Counted from the stretch's first letter, positions 1 through 10,541 are shown. The stretch is DNA of 64,000 bases from Actinomycetota bacterium (GCA_039812585.1 JBDIAW010000007.1:1162-65161); one strand, 5' to 3'. Program-made: numbers and translations. Notes: generated by a model from the letters alone, not told the origin.

Positions 1-693
1 GTCGGCCAGCAGTTGCTCCACATTCACCCCGGCTAACGCGCTGGGGACCAGCCCAAACGCGGTCAGTGCGCTGTAACGCCCCCCTACCATCGGGTCGGCC
101 AGCACTACGGTGTAGCCGGCCTGCCGAGCGCTGGCCTCCAGCGGGGAGCCCGGGTCGGTCACCACGATGATGCGCTGGGCCATGTTGTCCAGCCCCGCAG
201 CGGCGAACGCGGCCTCGTAGACACGGCGGTGGGAGTCAGTTTCGATGGTGCTGCCGGACTTGCTGGAGACCACCAGCACCGTGCGCTCCAGGCGTTGGCC
301 CAGGGCAGCGCGCACCTGCTGCGGATCGGTGGTGTCCAGGGTGGTTAACTCCACACCGGCACTGCCCGCGATCACTTCCGGTGCCAGGGAGGATCCACCC
401 ATCCCTGCCAGAACCACATGATCCAGGCCGAGGTTACGGCTGCGTTGCACCAGCTGGCCGATCTGAGGCAGCAACGCCCTGGAGGTTTGTGGAGCGTTGA
501 TCCACCCCAGGCGGATCTTCGACTCCGCCTCTGCCTCAGGCCCCCACAGGGTGTAGTCCTGCTTCATCAACTTGCTGGCCACTTGATCGTCTCGCAGCTG
601 CTCCAGCGCGGCGTGGGCCAGGGTGGCCAACGTCCCGGTGGCGTGCACGGTGACTCCACCAGCAACAACGTGGAGAACGGGTGTGGTGGTCAT
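1..693 (-). CDS. pgi: glucose-6-phosphate isomerase (N-terminal part; gene runs off window start)
   Basis: Minus-strand translation from ATG at 693 gives MTTTPVLHVV...SKSGSTIET...DPMVGGRYSALTAFGLVP (PGI signature GGRYS). It is absent from the ORF track because it is open at the window edge. Confidence 0.8.
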   Translation of the reverse strand, partial: MTTTPVLHVVAGGVTVHATGTLATLAHAALEQLRDDQVASKLMKQDYTLWGPEAEAESKIRLGWINAPQTSRALLPQIGQLVQRSRNLGLDHVVLAGMGGSSLAPEVIAGSAGVELTTLDTTDPQQVRAALGQRLERTVLVVSSKSGSTIETDSHRRVYEAAFAAAGLDNMAQRIIVVTDPGSPLEASARQAGYTVVLADPMVGGRYSALTAFGLVPSALAGVNVEQLLAD

Positions 694-860
694 CAAGGGC
701 TCCTGGAGTTGAGAGAAGGGTGAGGGACTGCTTTGAGGGTGAGGCGGAAAGTCCGGTAACCCTCTTTCTGTCTTCTGCGAGATTACTGCCCCGTTGCACG
801 CCGGCGGGCAGTCGGCTGGCACGCCCGGCATCGCCAACCAGTGCGGGGCTACCTTCGACG

Positions 861-933
861 GTTTTGGGTTGACGTTTGTGCGGTTTTAACGCGCTCTTGC
901 AGCGTTAAAACCGCACAAACGTCAACCCAAAAC
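861..933. terminator. perfect 32-bp inverted repeat with 9-nt loop (bidirectional hairpin between the tkt 3' end and the pgi start)
   Basis: gttttgggttgacgtttgtgcggttttaacgc / gctcttgca / gcgttaaaaccgcacaaacgtcaacccaaaac. The arms are exact reverse complements. No strong U-tract on either side. Confidence 0.5.
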
Positions 934-963
934 TTGGCAGCTAACCCTGTGGTGCGGTTGCCC

Positions 964-3207
964 TTACTGGGCAAGGCTTTCTTGGGCAGCAGCGACTACC
1001 GCCTCGACGGTGATCCCGAACTTCTCATACAACACGTTGGCAGCAGCGCTGGCCCCGAAGTGGTCGATGCTGACGCTGCGGCCGGTTTGCCCCACATAAC
1101 GAGGCCAACCCAGGCTGCTGCCAGCCTCCACGCTGACCCGAGCGCGCACCGCTGCCGGCAGCACCTGCTCGCGGTAGCTGTCGGGCTGATCGTCAAACCA
1201 CTCCAGGCAGGGCAGGGAAACCACCCTGGCGGCCACCCCACCAGCCGCGAGTCGGTCCTGTGCGGACAGGGCGAGGGACACCTCGCTGCCGGTGGCCAGC
1301 AGTAGCACCTCAGGAAGTTGCCCGCTGGCCAAGCCGGCAGCCTCCCGCAGGATGTACCCTCCCCGGGCTGTTAGGTCTGCACTGCCCCAGCGCTCGGGCT
1401 CCACACTGCGGTCGAAGACAGGCACATCCTGCCGGGTCAGGCACAGCGCGACGGGACGGGTGCCCACCTGCGGGTGCGGGTTAGTGCCCCCGGACGCAGC
1501 GGTGGTGGGTTCATCCGCCGGGTTGGGGCAGTCCTGACTGCCCTGTTCGTGCTGGGGGTTGGCCGCATGCCCCGGTGTGCCCACTGCGTTGGCACTGGCT
1601 AGCGCAGTGCGCCACGCCACTGCTGTCTCGTTGGCATCGGCAGGGCGCACCACATCCAGACCGGGGATGGCCCGCAACGCCCACAGGTGCTCGATGGGCT
1701 GGTGGGTCGGCCCGTCCTCTCCCAGGCCGATGGAGTCATGCGTCCACACGTAAATCACCGGCAGCTGCATGAGCGCAGCTAGGCGCACCGCAGGGCGCAT
1801 GTAGTCGCTGAACACCAGGAAGGTGGCCCCAAACGGCCGGGTGCCCCCGTGCACGGCGATACCGTTGAGGATCGCCCCCATCGCATGCTCCCGGATGCCA
1901 AAGTGCAGGGTGCGCCCGTAGGGGTCGGCTCCGGAAGCCGTGGAGCCAAGGGGCAGGAACGAGCCGGTACCGGGCAGCTCGGTGAGGTTGGACTCCGCCA
2001 GATCTGCCGAGCCTCCCCACAGCTCCGGGATCACGGGAGCTAAAGCAGCCAGGGTTTTGCCGGAGGCTTTGCGGGTGCTCATGGCACCAGCGGGGAAGGT
2101 GGGGATGGCCTGCTCCCAGCCCTGCGGCAGGGTGCGGGTGCGCAGCCGCTCAAACAGCGCCGCCTGCTCGGGGTGGGCGCTGGCCCACACCGCGAACTGC
2201 TCGTCCCAGCGGCGATGCGCCGCCGCTCCGCGTTGGGCCACCTGGCGGGCGTGGGCCAAGACCTGCCCGGGCACGTCGAAGCTGGCGTCGGGGTCCAGGC
2301 CCATGGCCTGCTTGGTGGCAGCTACCTCCTGCGCACCCAGAGCGGCCCCGTGGGCCTTGGCCGTGTTGCGGGCGTGGGGGGCGGGCCAGGCGATGACCGA
2401 GCGCATGGCGATCAGGCTGGGCCGGTCGGTGGTCTGCTGCGCGGTGAGCAGGGCGTCGTGCAGGGCATGGACATCCTCAGCATCGGCCACCCGTTGGGTG
2501 TGCCAGCCGTAGGAGGCGTAGCGGGCTAGCACATCCTCGCTGAAGGCCACAGACGTGTCGCCTTCGATGGAGATGTGGTTGTCGTCGTAGAGCACCACCA
2601 GGTTGCCCAACTGCTGATGCCCGGCCAGGCTGGCCGCCTCTGCCTGCACCCCCTCCTGCATGTCCCCGTCGGAGGCGAACACCCAAATGGTGTGGTCGAA
2701 GGGGCTCTGGCCAAGTGCTGCGTCAGGGTCGAACAGCCCCCGCTCGAAACGGGCAGCCATCGCCATGCCCACGGCGGTGGCAATGCCTTGCCCCAGCGGT
2801 CCGGTCGTGGTTTCCACCCCCTGCGTGTGGCGGTACTCCGGGTGGCCCGGGGTCAGGCTGGCCCACTGGCGCAACGCCTGCAAATCCTCCAACTGCAGCG
2901 GGTAGCCCGACAGGTACAGCTGGATGTACAGGGTCAGGCTGGAGTGCCCGCAGGAGAGCACGAACCGGTCCCGACCAGCCCAGCTGGCGTCGTGGGGGTC
3001 GTGCCGTAACAGCCGTTGGAACAGTAGGTAGGCCGCCGGAGCCAGGCTCATTGCCGTGCCCGGATGGCCATTGCCGGCCTGCTCCACGGCATCCATCGCC
3101 AACGCCCGAGCCACATTCACCGCCTGAGCATCGGTGTCGGACCAGTCCAAGGGGGCGGGTTGGCTGGCAAGGTCTGGTTGAGGGTGCGAGGTGGCGCAAG
3201 GATGCAT
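964..3207 (-). CDS. tkt: transketolase
   Basis: 747-aa ORF with the characteristic GHPG/SCGHSSL N-terminal region and C-terminal transketolase domains. It lies divergent to ctaB, as in many Actinobacteria. Confidence 0.95.
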   Translation of the reverse strand: MHPCATSHPQPDLASQPAPLDWSDTDAQAVNVARALAMDAVEQAGNGHPGTAMSLAPAAYLLFQRLLRHDPHDASWAGRDRFVLSCGHSSLTLYIQLYLSGYPLQLEDLQALRQWASLTPGHPEYRHTQGVETTTGPLGQGIATAVGMAMAARFERGLFDPDAALGQSPFDHTIWVFASDGDMQEGVQAEAASLAGHQQLGNLVVLYDDNHISIEGDTSVAFSEDVLARYASYGWHTQRVADAEDVHALHDALLTAQQTTDRPSLIAMRSVIAWPAPHARNTAKAHGAALGAQEVAATKQAMGLDPDASFDVPGQVLAHARQVAQRGAAAHRRWDEQFAVWASAHPEQAALFERLRTRTLPQGWEQAIPTFPAGAMSTRKASGKTLAALAPVIPELWGGSADLAESNLTELPGTGSFLPLGSTASGADPYGRTLHFGIREHAMGAILNGIAVHGGTRPFGATFLVFSDYMRPAVRLAALMQLPVIYVWTHDSIGLGEDGPTHQPIEHLWALRAIPGLDVVRPADANETAVAWRTALASANAVGTPGHAANPQHEQGSQDCPNPADEPTTAASGGTNPHPQVGTRPVALCLTRQDVPVFDRSVEPERWGSADLTARGGYILREAAGLASGQLPEVLLLATGSEVSLALSAQDRLAAGGVAARVVSLPCLEWFDDQPDSYREQVLPAAVRARVSVEAGSSLGWPRYVGQTGRSVSIDHFGASAAANVLYEKFGITVEAVVAAAQESLAQ

Positions 3208-3377
3208 CAGGAGGGTCTCCTGCCCGGGTCAGAGGTGGTGGGTTAGACGCCATCATTCTTGCCTATCTCTGGTGAAGATCCCAACCCGCGCCGCCAGATC
3301 TGGTCAATTGCCAGGGCTGGCCGGTGAGGTAAAGCTCACCGGGGCTGCAGTGTTGCTGTCTACACTGAGGGTGACCA

Positions 3378-4364
3378 TTGAGGAGCCCAGTGAGCATCAT
3401 TGCCCGTCAAAACACCACGCGGACCCTGCTGCCCAGCGCACCACCGGTGCATCGGGTGCGGCCGGGCCGCTTGGTCACCCTGAGGGCGTTTGTGGCGCTG
3501 ACCAAACCGCGCATCATCGAGTTGCTGCTGGTTACCACGGTTCCCACCATGATCTTGGCGCACCGCTTCAGTGGCCGACAAGGGCTGCCGTCGCTGGGAC
3601 TGGTGGTGATCACCTTGCTGGGTGGAACGTTGGCCGCAGGTGGTGCCAACACATTGAACTGCTACCTCGATCGGGATATTGATGCGCTGATGCGGCGCAC
3701 GGCACACCGCCCACTGGTCAGTGGTGCGGTCACTCCACGCGCGGCGTTGGGGTTTGGCATTGGTCTGTCGGTGAGCTCCACGGCCCTGATGGCGCTCATG
3801 GTCAATAACTTGTCCGCCGTACTCACGGCGATCGCCATTGGCTATTACGTGATCGGTTACACGTGGCTTCTCAAACGACGCACCCCGACCAACATTGTCT
3901 GGGGAGGAGCGGCTGGCTGTATGCCGGTACTCATCGGATGGTCGGCGGTGACGGGGAGCTTGAGTTGGGTTGCCGCCGCCCTATTCGCAGTGATCTTCTT
4001 TTGGACCCCACCGCACTATTGGCCCTTGGCGCTGCGGTTTCGCGAGGACTACGCCGCCGCTGCTGTGCCAATGCTGCCCGTGGTTGCGCAGCCAGCAGTG
4101 GTGGCTGCGCGCACAGTGGTTTACTCCTGGCTGATGGTTGCCTCCTCCCTGGCAGTGTGGCCGTTAGGCAGGATGGGGCTGCTCTACGGGCTGAGCGCCT
4201 TGGCCGTTGGGGGGTGGTTCCTGCTGGAGGCCCACCGCTTGCAACGGCGAGTGCACTGTGGGCAGGACCCCCAACCGATGCGTCTGTTTCATGGCTCCAT
4301 CAGCTATTTGTCTGTGTTGTTCCTGGCCCTCGCGCTGGACCCTTTGCTCCCTCTCGGGTGGTAA
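3378..4364 (+). CDS. ctaB: protoheme IX farnesyltransferase (heme O synthase)
   Basis: UbiA-family polytopic membrane protein with [14 protein letters not shown] and a CyoE/CtaB-like sequence. The start is a TTG at 3378; the exact start is uncertain. Confidence 0.9.
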   Translation: MRSPVSIIARQNTTRTLLPSAPPVHRVRPGRLVTLRAFVALTKPRIIELLLVTTVPTMILAHRFSGRQGLPSLGLVVITLLGGTLAAGGANTLNCYLDRDIDALMRRTAHRPLVSGAVTPRAALGFGIGLSVSSTALMALMVNNLSAVLTAIAIGYYVIGYTWLLKRRTPTNIVWGGAAGCMPVLIGWSAVTGSLSWVAAALFAVIFFWTPPHYWPLALRFREDYAAAAVPMLPVVAQPAVVAARTVVYSWLMVASSLAVWPLGRMGLLYGLSALAVGGWFLLEAHRLQRRVHCGQDPQPMRLFHGSISYLSVLFLALALDPLLPLGW

Positions 4365-4399
4365 CCCTGCTGACGGATCCGGCGGTAGGCTGCACGGGC

Positions 4400-5362
4400 A
4401 TGACCAGACGTTCGTGGGCGCAGAGGGTGCGCCAGCCTTCACATCAGGCGGTCCATCGCTGGGCGTGGGCCGCGTTAGTGGCCAATATCGGCATCGTCAT
4501 CACCGGTGCTGCCGTGCGGCTGACTGCCTCGGGGATGGGCTGCACCACCTGGCCCCGATGCACTCCTGACTCCTTGGTAGCAACCGGGGCGTTGGGGCAT
4601 CACGAGTACATCGAGTTTGGCAACCGGCTGCTCACATTTGCCGTCGCTGTGGCCTGCCTGGGTAGCGCTTGGACGGCGTGGCGCTATCGCCCGGCGCACC
4701 GGCTGTGGCGTGGGTTGTCCCTCGCAGTGCTGCTGGGGATTCCTGCCCAGGCCGTGGTAGGAGGTATCAGTGTGCGCACTCACCTCAACCCATGGATCGT
4801 GATGCTGCACATGCTGATCTCCCTGGGGATTATTGGTTTGGCCAGCTGGTTGATGCTGCGCACCCAGCCGGGTTTCACCCGCCTGCCGGTGGTCCACCCG
4901 GCGCTGGCCCGGTTAGGGCTGGGCCTTCTGGCGGTGTTGGCGGTGGTTGTCTACCTCGGGTCGATGGTGACTGGAGCGGGGCCGCATGCTGGTGATGCCC
5001 AGGCCACGCGCATTGCTCTGGACGTGGCCCTACTGAGTCAACTCCATGCCGACGCTGTTTTCCTGCTGGTGGGGTTCAGTGTGGGCTTGCGGGGGCTATT
5101 GGCAGTAGTGAAAGCGCCTGCGCGCACCCAGCGTGCTTTCACCTGGGTCTTAGTTGTGCTGGTCATCCAAGCGGTGATCGGCTACACCCAATACGCCCTG
5201 AAAGTTCCGGCTGTATTGGTCGGGATGCACGTGGGTGCTGCTGCGGTGTTGGTTGCGGTCACCTCGTGGGCGGTGGGCTCGTTGTGGCAGCACCAGAGCC
5301 CGACTCCGTCGAAGCGACCTGATGTCATTGACCTGAGCACTCCCAGAAAGGAAACGGTATGA
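4400..5362 (+). CDS. ctaA: heme A synthase (COX15/CtaA family)
   Basis: ATG at 4400 (MTRRSWAQ...) with Cys/His-containing TM helices (GCTTWPRC). The longer track ORF from 3863 overlaps ctaB in another frame and is treated as an artefactual extension. Confidence 0.85.
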   Translation: MTRRSWAQRVRQPSHQAVHRWAWAALVANIGIVITGAAVRLTASGMGCTTWPRCTPDSLVATGALGHHEYIEFGNRLLTFAVAVACLGSAWTAWRYRPAHRLWRGLSLAVLLGIPAQAVVGGISVRTHLNPWIVMLHMLISLGIIGLASWLMLRTQPGFTRLPVVHPALARLGLGLLAVLAVVVYLGSMVTGAGPHAGDAQATRIALDVALLSQLHADAVFLLVGFSVGLRGLLAVVKAPARTQRAFTWVLVVLVIQAVIGYTQYALKVPAVLVGMHVGAAAVLVAVTSWAVGSLWQHQSPTPSKRPDVIDLSTPRKETV

Positions 5363-5955
5363 ACCCGGAAACCCCACGTCTGCTGGTTGTCATTGGTAGC
5401 ACCCGCCCAGGCAGGGTGGGAGCTGCCGTGGCTGACTGGATCACCACGCAAGCCCACCAGGATGGGCGGTTCCAGGTTGAGGTGGCCGACTTGGCCCAGA
5501 TCAACCTTCCCCTGTTCGACGAGCCCCACCACCCGCGCCTGCAGCGCTACAGCCACGAGCACACCAAAAACTGGAGTGCCCTGGTTGATCGTGCTGACGC
5601 GGTGGCGATGGTGTTCCCCGAGTACAACCACAGCTTCAACGCGGCCACTAAAAACGCTATCGACTATCTGTTCCATGAGTGGGCTTACACCCCGGTGGGG
5701 TTAGTCAGTTACGGGGGAGTATCGGCGGGCTGCCGCGCCGCTCAGGCATTACGCCCAGTTTTGGCTGCGTTGAACACCATGGTGGCCACTCCCGCCGTGA
5801 CCATCCCGTTCGTGGCACAGCACGTGGACGATAACGGCACGTTTAGCTCCACCCCACTTCTGGACCAGTCGGTGACAGACCTGTTGACGGAGCTGGTTGC
5901 ACTGGAGCAAGCTCTTCGCGGGTTACGCGAGCACAATCGCTCACTCCGGAGCTGA
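5359..5955 (+). CDS. NADPH-dependent FMN reductase family oxidoreductase
   Basis: LLVVIGSTRPGRVG...VFPEYNHSFNAATKNAIDYL flavodoxin-like motifs. ATGA overlap with the ctaA stop. Confidence 0.8.
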   Translation: MNPETPRLLVVIGSTRPGRVGAAVADWITTQAHQDGRFQVEVADLAQINLPLFDEPHHPRLQRYSHEHTKNWSALVDRADAVAMVFPEYNHSFNAATKNAIDYLFHEWAYTPVGLVSYGGVSAGCRAAQALRPVLAALNTMVATPAVTIPFVAQHVDDNGTFSSTPLLDQSVTDLLTELVALEQALRGLREHNRSLRS

Positions 5956-6414
5956 ACGCACGGCCACAACCGCCAGGCTGGAGGGGCGGTCGATGTGGAA
6001 ACGTCGCCCAGAAATGGCCATTGGGGTAATACGAATGAACCGTTGTTTGGTCACCGAGGAATGGTGCCAACAATGCAGCGGCAAGGTTGCGGTCTCCAAG
6101 AGTTCGGGCACTGAGGCGATGGTCGAGGCTGTACCGGTGATGATCACACTCCAGGCAGTGTCATCACCTCCCTGATCACTGGAGGTCACCCCGTCAGCCT
6201 CGAAGGCCACAGACCCCGCCAGGCAGGCACGGTCTAACGTGGCGAGGTGGGCCGTGCGAAACACCACACACCCGTGATCGACCACAAAGTTAATGGGGAA
6301 AATCATGGGCTGCCCGTTGTGAAGAACCGCGACTCGCCCCACTTCAACCGAGCGCAACAGCGCCAAGCAGGTGCTCTCACTCAAGGCCTGGGGACCTTCC
6401 GGTTGCCCGGTCAT
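5941..6414 (-). CDS. pyridoxamine 5'-phosphate oxidase (PPOX)-family FMN-binding protein
   Basis: LALLRSVEVGRVAVLHNGQPMIFPINFVVDHGCVVFRTA split-barrel motif. Start chosen at the internal Met (MTGQPEG); the track ORF extends to 6660. Confidence 0.6.
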   Translation of the reverse strand: MTGQPEGPQALSESTCLALLRSVEVGRVAVLHNGQPMIFPINFVVDHGCVVFRTAHLATLDRACLAGSVAFEADGVTSSDQGGDDTAWSVIITGTASTIASVPELLETATLPLHCWHHSSVTKQRFIRITPMAISGRRFHIDRPSSLAVVAVRSAPE

Positions 6415-6584
6415 GTCCAATGCAGAGGGCAGGTGCAGGGCAGAACTGGGCATAACAGCAGTATGAACGATTATGGTCGCTTTGCCTATCAATGCCTCGA
6501 CTGTGGGGGTGTGTCCCTCCTCTACCACGTATCGCTGGTCGATAGTTGCTTCATTGCCAGGCGGGCAGTGCCGACACCCTGTAG

Positions 6585-7508
6585 GTGTTGCTTGCCTCGC
6601 GCTGTCAGACCAGCCCTTCCGCCCCTTTAGGGCAGGGTAGTGGAGGAAATCGGGGGACACTGATCATCCTCGCTCTCCTGGTGGTGATGACAGTGGCCGC
6701 TGCAGTGATGGGAGGCGGAGGATGGCTCAACCGTGCTAGCTCCTGGGTGCGAGGCGTGGGAAGTGCTCCCGGTGTGAGCTCCTCCTTAGAGCGGGCCAGT
6801 ACTTCCAGTACCAGTGCGGCGTTGGGGCGTGAGGTGAGCTCCGCGCTGCCCACGCGGTTACCTCCGGCGGATTACCGGGGCCTTCGCGGACAAGCCGATC
6901 AGTTCCGTTTCATCTCCAGTATCACCTCAGCCCAGGGTCAGCAACAGCCTGCCCGGTGGGATCCGTGCCAGCCGATCGCCTATCGCATCAATCCCGGTGG
7001 GATGCGTGCTGATGATGTGGTGCAGGTGCGCCAGGCGCTTCAGCGCATCAGCGTCGCCAGCGGTCTGCAGTTTCGTTACCTCGGGTTGACTAGCTATGTG
7101 TGGACCTCTCAGCCCAAGCAAGGGCAGGCTCCAGCTGATGCGGCGCTCACTTTTAGCTTTGCCCAGCCGGGCGATGGGCCTGGCCGCAGTGATCTGCTGG
7201 GATCGCAGCGGGTGGTGGGGGTGGGTGGCCCGATCTGGCAGACCTCCGCTCAGGGGCAGCGCATTGTGGCCGCCCATGTCGTCATGAACAGCCACGTGAT
7301 CTCCGCTTTGCCCTCAGCGCGCAGCTCAGGAGCACGCTTGAGCGCCTATATGCACGAGTTAGGCCACGCGGTGGGTTTGGACCATGTGAACAGCCCCACC
7401 CAGCTGATGTATCCCACCTTGCAAACCCAGTTACCCGCTGTTTTTGGAGCCGGAGATGTGGCTGGGCTGCGCCGGGTCGGAGCAGCAGGTGGGTGCTTGG
7501 CACCCTGA
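6585..7508 (+). CDS. secreted metzincin-type zinc metalloprotease
   Basis: HELGHAVGLDHV (HExxHxxGxxH) followed by a Met-turn (LMYP). N-terminal hydrophobic segment. The true start is probably internal (ATG at 6687 or an upstream GTG). Confidence 0.65.
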   Translation: MLLASRCQTSPSAPLGQGSGGNRGTLIILALLVVMTVAAAVMGGGGWLNRASSWVRGVGSAPGVSSSLERASTSSTSAALGREVSSALPTRLPPADYRGLRGQADQFRFISSITSAQGQQQPARWDPCQPIAYRINPGGMRADDVVQVRQALQRISVASGLQFRYLGLTSYVWTSQPKQGQAPADAALTFSFAQPGDGPGRSDLLGSQRVVGVGGPIWQTSAQGQRIVAAHVVMNSHVISALPSARSSGARLSAYMHELGHAVGLDHVNSPTQLMYPTLQTQLPAVFGAGDVAGLRRVGAAGGCLAP

Positions 7509-7548
7509 CCCCCTGTCGTTGCCCTGCTACTGACCTTGCATACTGAGG

Positions 7549-8832
7549 GTGTTTGCAGGGCTGGCAGGGGAGAGCAGAGGTGGGAGAGTGGCAGTTGAAC
7601 ATGCCCATGCAACGCAAGTCACCCCCCATCATGATCTTCCTGGACAGCCGCCAACTCTCGATGTTTTGCTAGTCGAGGATGACGATGGTGATGCTCTCAT
7701 CGTTGATGAGCTACTCCACCAAGCAGGGGCCTCCATTGAGGTGACGCGGGTGCGGACCTTAGGTCAAGCATTGCAGCACGTGGGGTCTAAGGCCTGCATT
7801 CTTTTGGACCTGGGGCTACCTGACACCACCGATTTATCGGGCATCTACACGCTGCGCCAGGCTGCTCCTGAAGCAGCGCTGCTCGTGCTGACCGGGCTTG
7901 ATGATCAACATAAAGGTGAGCAAGCGGTCACGGCTGGAGCCCAGGACTACCTAGTTAAGGGTCAGGTCGATAGTCATCTTCTGGATCGAGCAATCCGTTA
8001 CGCTGTGCAACGACAGCGGGCCGATGATCAGGATCGCCAACTGCTGGAAAGCTCGCTGCAAGCATCTGAAAACTCTCGCTTGGAGCGTGGCCTGCTCCCT
8101 AAGCCTCTGCTGAACGACCCTCGGGTGCAGGTGATCAGTCGTTACCGTCCCGGCAGTCGGCGCTCCCTGCTGGGAGGGGATTTTCTCGACGTTGTGCAGG
8201 ACCACAACGGCGCAGTGCACTTGCTCATTGGCGATGTGGCCGGCCATGGACCTGACGAGGCTGCCCTAGGAGTGTGCCTGCGCATCGCCTGGCGCACCCT
8301 GGTCCTGGCTGGTTATGACCCCGACCGTTTGCTTGCCGCTGTGGAGGAGGTGTTACTGCACGAACGTCATAACGAGGAGGACTTCGCCACTGTGTGCACG
8401 GTGACCATTGACTCTGCCCGTCGCCATGCCCAGTTGCGCCTGGCAGGCCATCCAGCTCCGTTGTTGTTGGGACCCCCAACACGCAGCCTGCCCGAGGGTG
8501 ATATCCGAGGGCCAGCTTTGGGGATTACCGACAATGCCCAGTGGCCTGCTTTAGAGGTGTCGTTGGGCGAGTCTGATCCTGGTGGTGGGGTACAGCAGCC
8601 TTGGAACTTGCTGTTGTTTACTGACGGTCTCGTTGAGGGCCGTGGACGGGTGGCGGGGACCCGATTAGGGGTCGAGGGTCTGATCGCCCTGCTCGACCAC
8701 ATGCCCCCACCCACCTCTCGGACTGGATTTGTGGATGATCTCATTGATCAGGTTCGCCACCTCAATGGCCAGGAAATGTCGGATGATCTCGCTGCCGTCG
8801 TGGTTTCCTTCACCCCGGAATCCTCGGGGTAA
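7549..8832 (+). CDS. response-regulator receiver domain fused to PP2C/SpoIIE-type Ser/Thr phosphatase
   Basis: DVLLVEDDDGDALIV receiver domain followed by a PP2C phosphatase domain (GDVAGHG...). Start is GTG at 7549 or TTG at 7666. Confidence 0.8.
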   Translation: MFAGLAGESRGGRVAVEHAHATQVTPHHDLPGQPPTLDVLLVEDDDGDALIVDELLHQAGASIEVTRVRTLGQALQHVGSKACILLDLGLPDTTDLSGIYTLRQAAPEAALLVLTGLDDQHKGEQAVTAGAQDYLVKGQVDSHLLDRAIRYAVQRQRADDQDRQLLESSLQASENSRLERGLLPKPLLNDPRVQVISRYRPGSRRSLLGGDFLDVVQDHNGAVHLLIGDVAGHGPDEAALGVCLRIAWRTLVLAGYDPDRLLAAVEEVLLHERHNEEDFATVCTVTIDSARRHAQLRLAGHPAPLLLGPPTRSLPEGDIRGPALGITDNAQWPALEVSLGESDPGGGVQQPWNLLLFTDGLVEGRGRVAGTRLGVEGLIALLDHMPPPTSRTGFVDDLIDQVRHLNGQEMSDDLAAVVVSFTPESSG

Positions 8833-8882
8833 TCAACGAGAGTTTTTCTGCCGTGTTCGATCAAGCATCGGGAGATATCACC

Positions 8883-10541
8883 ATGAGTCTGCATCATCGG
8901 TTAAGTCGTCTCATCCGCGTGGGAATTGTGGTTGGAGGGGTGGCAGCTTTGTCATGTGCAGCAGCCTTGGGGCTGATGATTCATGATCAAAAAATGGTCA
9001 CAGGATCGTATTTTCAGGCGGTGAGTTTGGCTTATCAGCAAGTCACTGTTCACTCAGAAATGCGCTCTGCGGTCAGAATGTATGAACAGAATGGGGAGGC
9101 GGAACGCGCAGAGCAATTCTTTAGCCTTGAAGCCAAAGACGATCATATCAATCAGGTGCTTAGAGAAGTCCTCAGCCAAGAGGAAAGCTTATTGCCTTTG
9201 GTAGACAGGGTGTATAAGGGCAGTACGCAATGGCGGATTACTAATGGAGAGCCTCGTATTGACGCTGTGAAGCGTCATGGACCTACGGGTGTGCCTTCCC
9301 CTCTATCCATACAGGGCGTGGAAGCGTTTGTTCCGGTCTCGGCGGCCAGTGATGACCTGATTCAATCGATCCTCTCTAGACGGCAACAGGCTATTCTCCA
9401 CCTCAAATATTCTACTGCCCTGGTAGGAATAGTATCTATCATTTCATTTGTGGGATTTATTTTTTCAATGTTCCTGCTGAACAGGTCGTTGCGTACATGG
9501 GTCACTGTACCGCTCGAAGGGCTCGTCCAAGAAGTAAGAATGGTGAGTGCGGGTAATTTGCAGCACACTATTAAAGGCTGTGGCCCCGAAGATATTATGA
9601 GCTTGGGTCGTAACATTGATGCAATGAGAAAAAGAGTTGTTGCTGAATATACGAATGCGGTGCACTCACAGCACGTCGCCGAAGAAGCCAGGGCGATTAT
9701 TGCTCGACAATCGGAAGATTTGGAGCGCTCTAACCGTGATTTGGAGCAGTTCGCCTATGTGGCCTCCCATGACCTTCAAGAACCATTGCGTAAAGTTTCT
9801 TCTTTTTGCCAAATGATTGAACGTCGTTATCACGACCAACTCGATGAACGCGGGCGTCAATACATCGATTATGCCGTCGATGGAGCTAAGCGTATGCAGA
9901 TTCTCATCAACGATTTATTAGCCTTTTCTCGAGTGGGTCGATCAGGGCGAAAGTGGGAGCAGGTTGATACCTCTGAATGTCTCAATGCTGCCCTTCACGT
10001 TTTAGAAGACTCGATAGAGCAATCAGAGGCACAGGTTGAGTTTCAAGGTTTGCCTGCTATTGTGGGGGACTCCACCCTACTGACCCAGCTTTTTCAAAAC
10101 CTCGTGAGTAATGCCATCAAATTCCGTGCTGATGCTCCACCCAAAGTTTTGCTATCAGCCCGATTAATCACTATTGATCCACATCGCCATGAGTGGGAGT
10201 TCTCGTGTCGAGACAATGGGATCGGAATTGAACCCCAGTATAAAGAAAAAATCTTTGCTATTTTTCAACGGCTTCACACCAAAAATGAGTACTCAGGCAC
10301 CGGTATCGGCTTGGCGCTGTGTAAAAAAATAGTGGAATACCACGGAGGTCAAATGTGGCTGCATGTGGAAGAAGCTGACGTGGAGCTGCAGCAAGGCACT
10401 GAGTTTCGCTGGACCATTCCCATCGAGCGATCAACCACGCTGGGGGACCAAACCAGTCCCAGCGGCCTTCCGGCCATATCCGCCGATGTTTACCCCACCC
10501 CTTTGAGCCAACCCAGTACCGCACCCACTACGGTGAGCTGA
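8883..10541 (+). CDS. membrane sensor histidine kinase (2 TM helices, extracytoplasmic sensor, HAMP, HisKA, HATPase_c)
   Basis: ASHDLQEPLRKV H-box, HAMP linker, and a G-box (GTGIGLALCKKIVEYHGG). ATG at 8883 preceded by GGGAG. Markedly lower GC (~47%) than its neighbours. Confidence 0.85.
   Translation: MSLHHRLSRLIRVGIVVGGVAALSCAAALGLMIHDQKMVTGSYFQAVSLAYQQVTVHSEMRSAVRMYEQNGEAERAEQFFSLEAKDDHINQVLREVLSQEESLLPLVDRVYKGSTQWRITNGEPRIDAVKRHGPTGVPSPLSIQGVEAFVPVSAASDDLIQSILSRRQQAILHLKYSTALVGIVSIISFVGFIFSMFLLNRSLRTWVTVPLEGLVQEVRMVSAGNLQHTIKGCGPEDIMSLGRNIDAMRKRVVAEYTNAVHSQHVAEEARAIIARQSEDLERSNRDLEQFAYVASHDLQEPLRKVSSFCQMIERRYHDQLDERGRQYIDYAVDGAKRMQILINDLLAFSRVGRSGRKWEQVDTSECLNAALHVLEDSIEQSEAQVEFQGLPAIVGDSTLLTQLFQNLVSNAIKFRADAPPKVLLSARLITIDPHRHEWEFSCRDNGIGIEPQYKEKIFAIFQRLHTKNEYSGTGIGLALCKKIVEYHGGQMWLHVEEADVELQQGTEFRWTIPIERSTTLGDQTSPSGLPAISADVYPTPLSQPSTAPTTVS

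Noticed and set aside
1500-1700. Pro/Gln/Gly-rich insertion (ANPQHEQGSQDCPNPADEPTTAASGG...) making Tkt ~50 aa longer than usual
   Set aside because: Plausibly a lineage-specific surface loop. No frame change and no evidence of a mobile insertion.
1260-3275. Numerous 60-190 aa ORFs on both strands overlapping tkt (for example 1940..2512, 2715..3275, 2723..3256)
   Set aside because: Typical shadow ORFs of high-GC DNA: Arg/Pro/Gly/Ala-rich, no motifs, and fully embedded in a well-supported gene.
3863-4399. N-terminal 179-aa extension of the ctaA ORF overlapping ctaB
   Set aside because: Out-of-frame overlap with a conserved membrane protein. The heme A synthase homology begins at ATG 4400.
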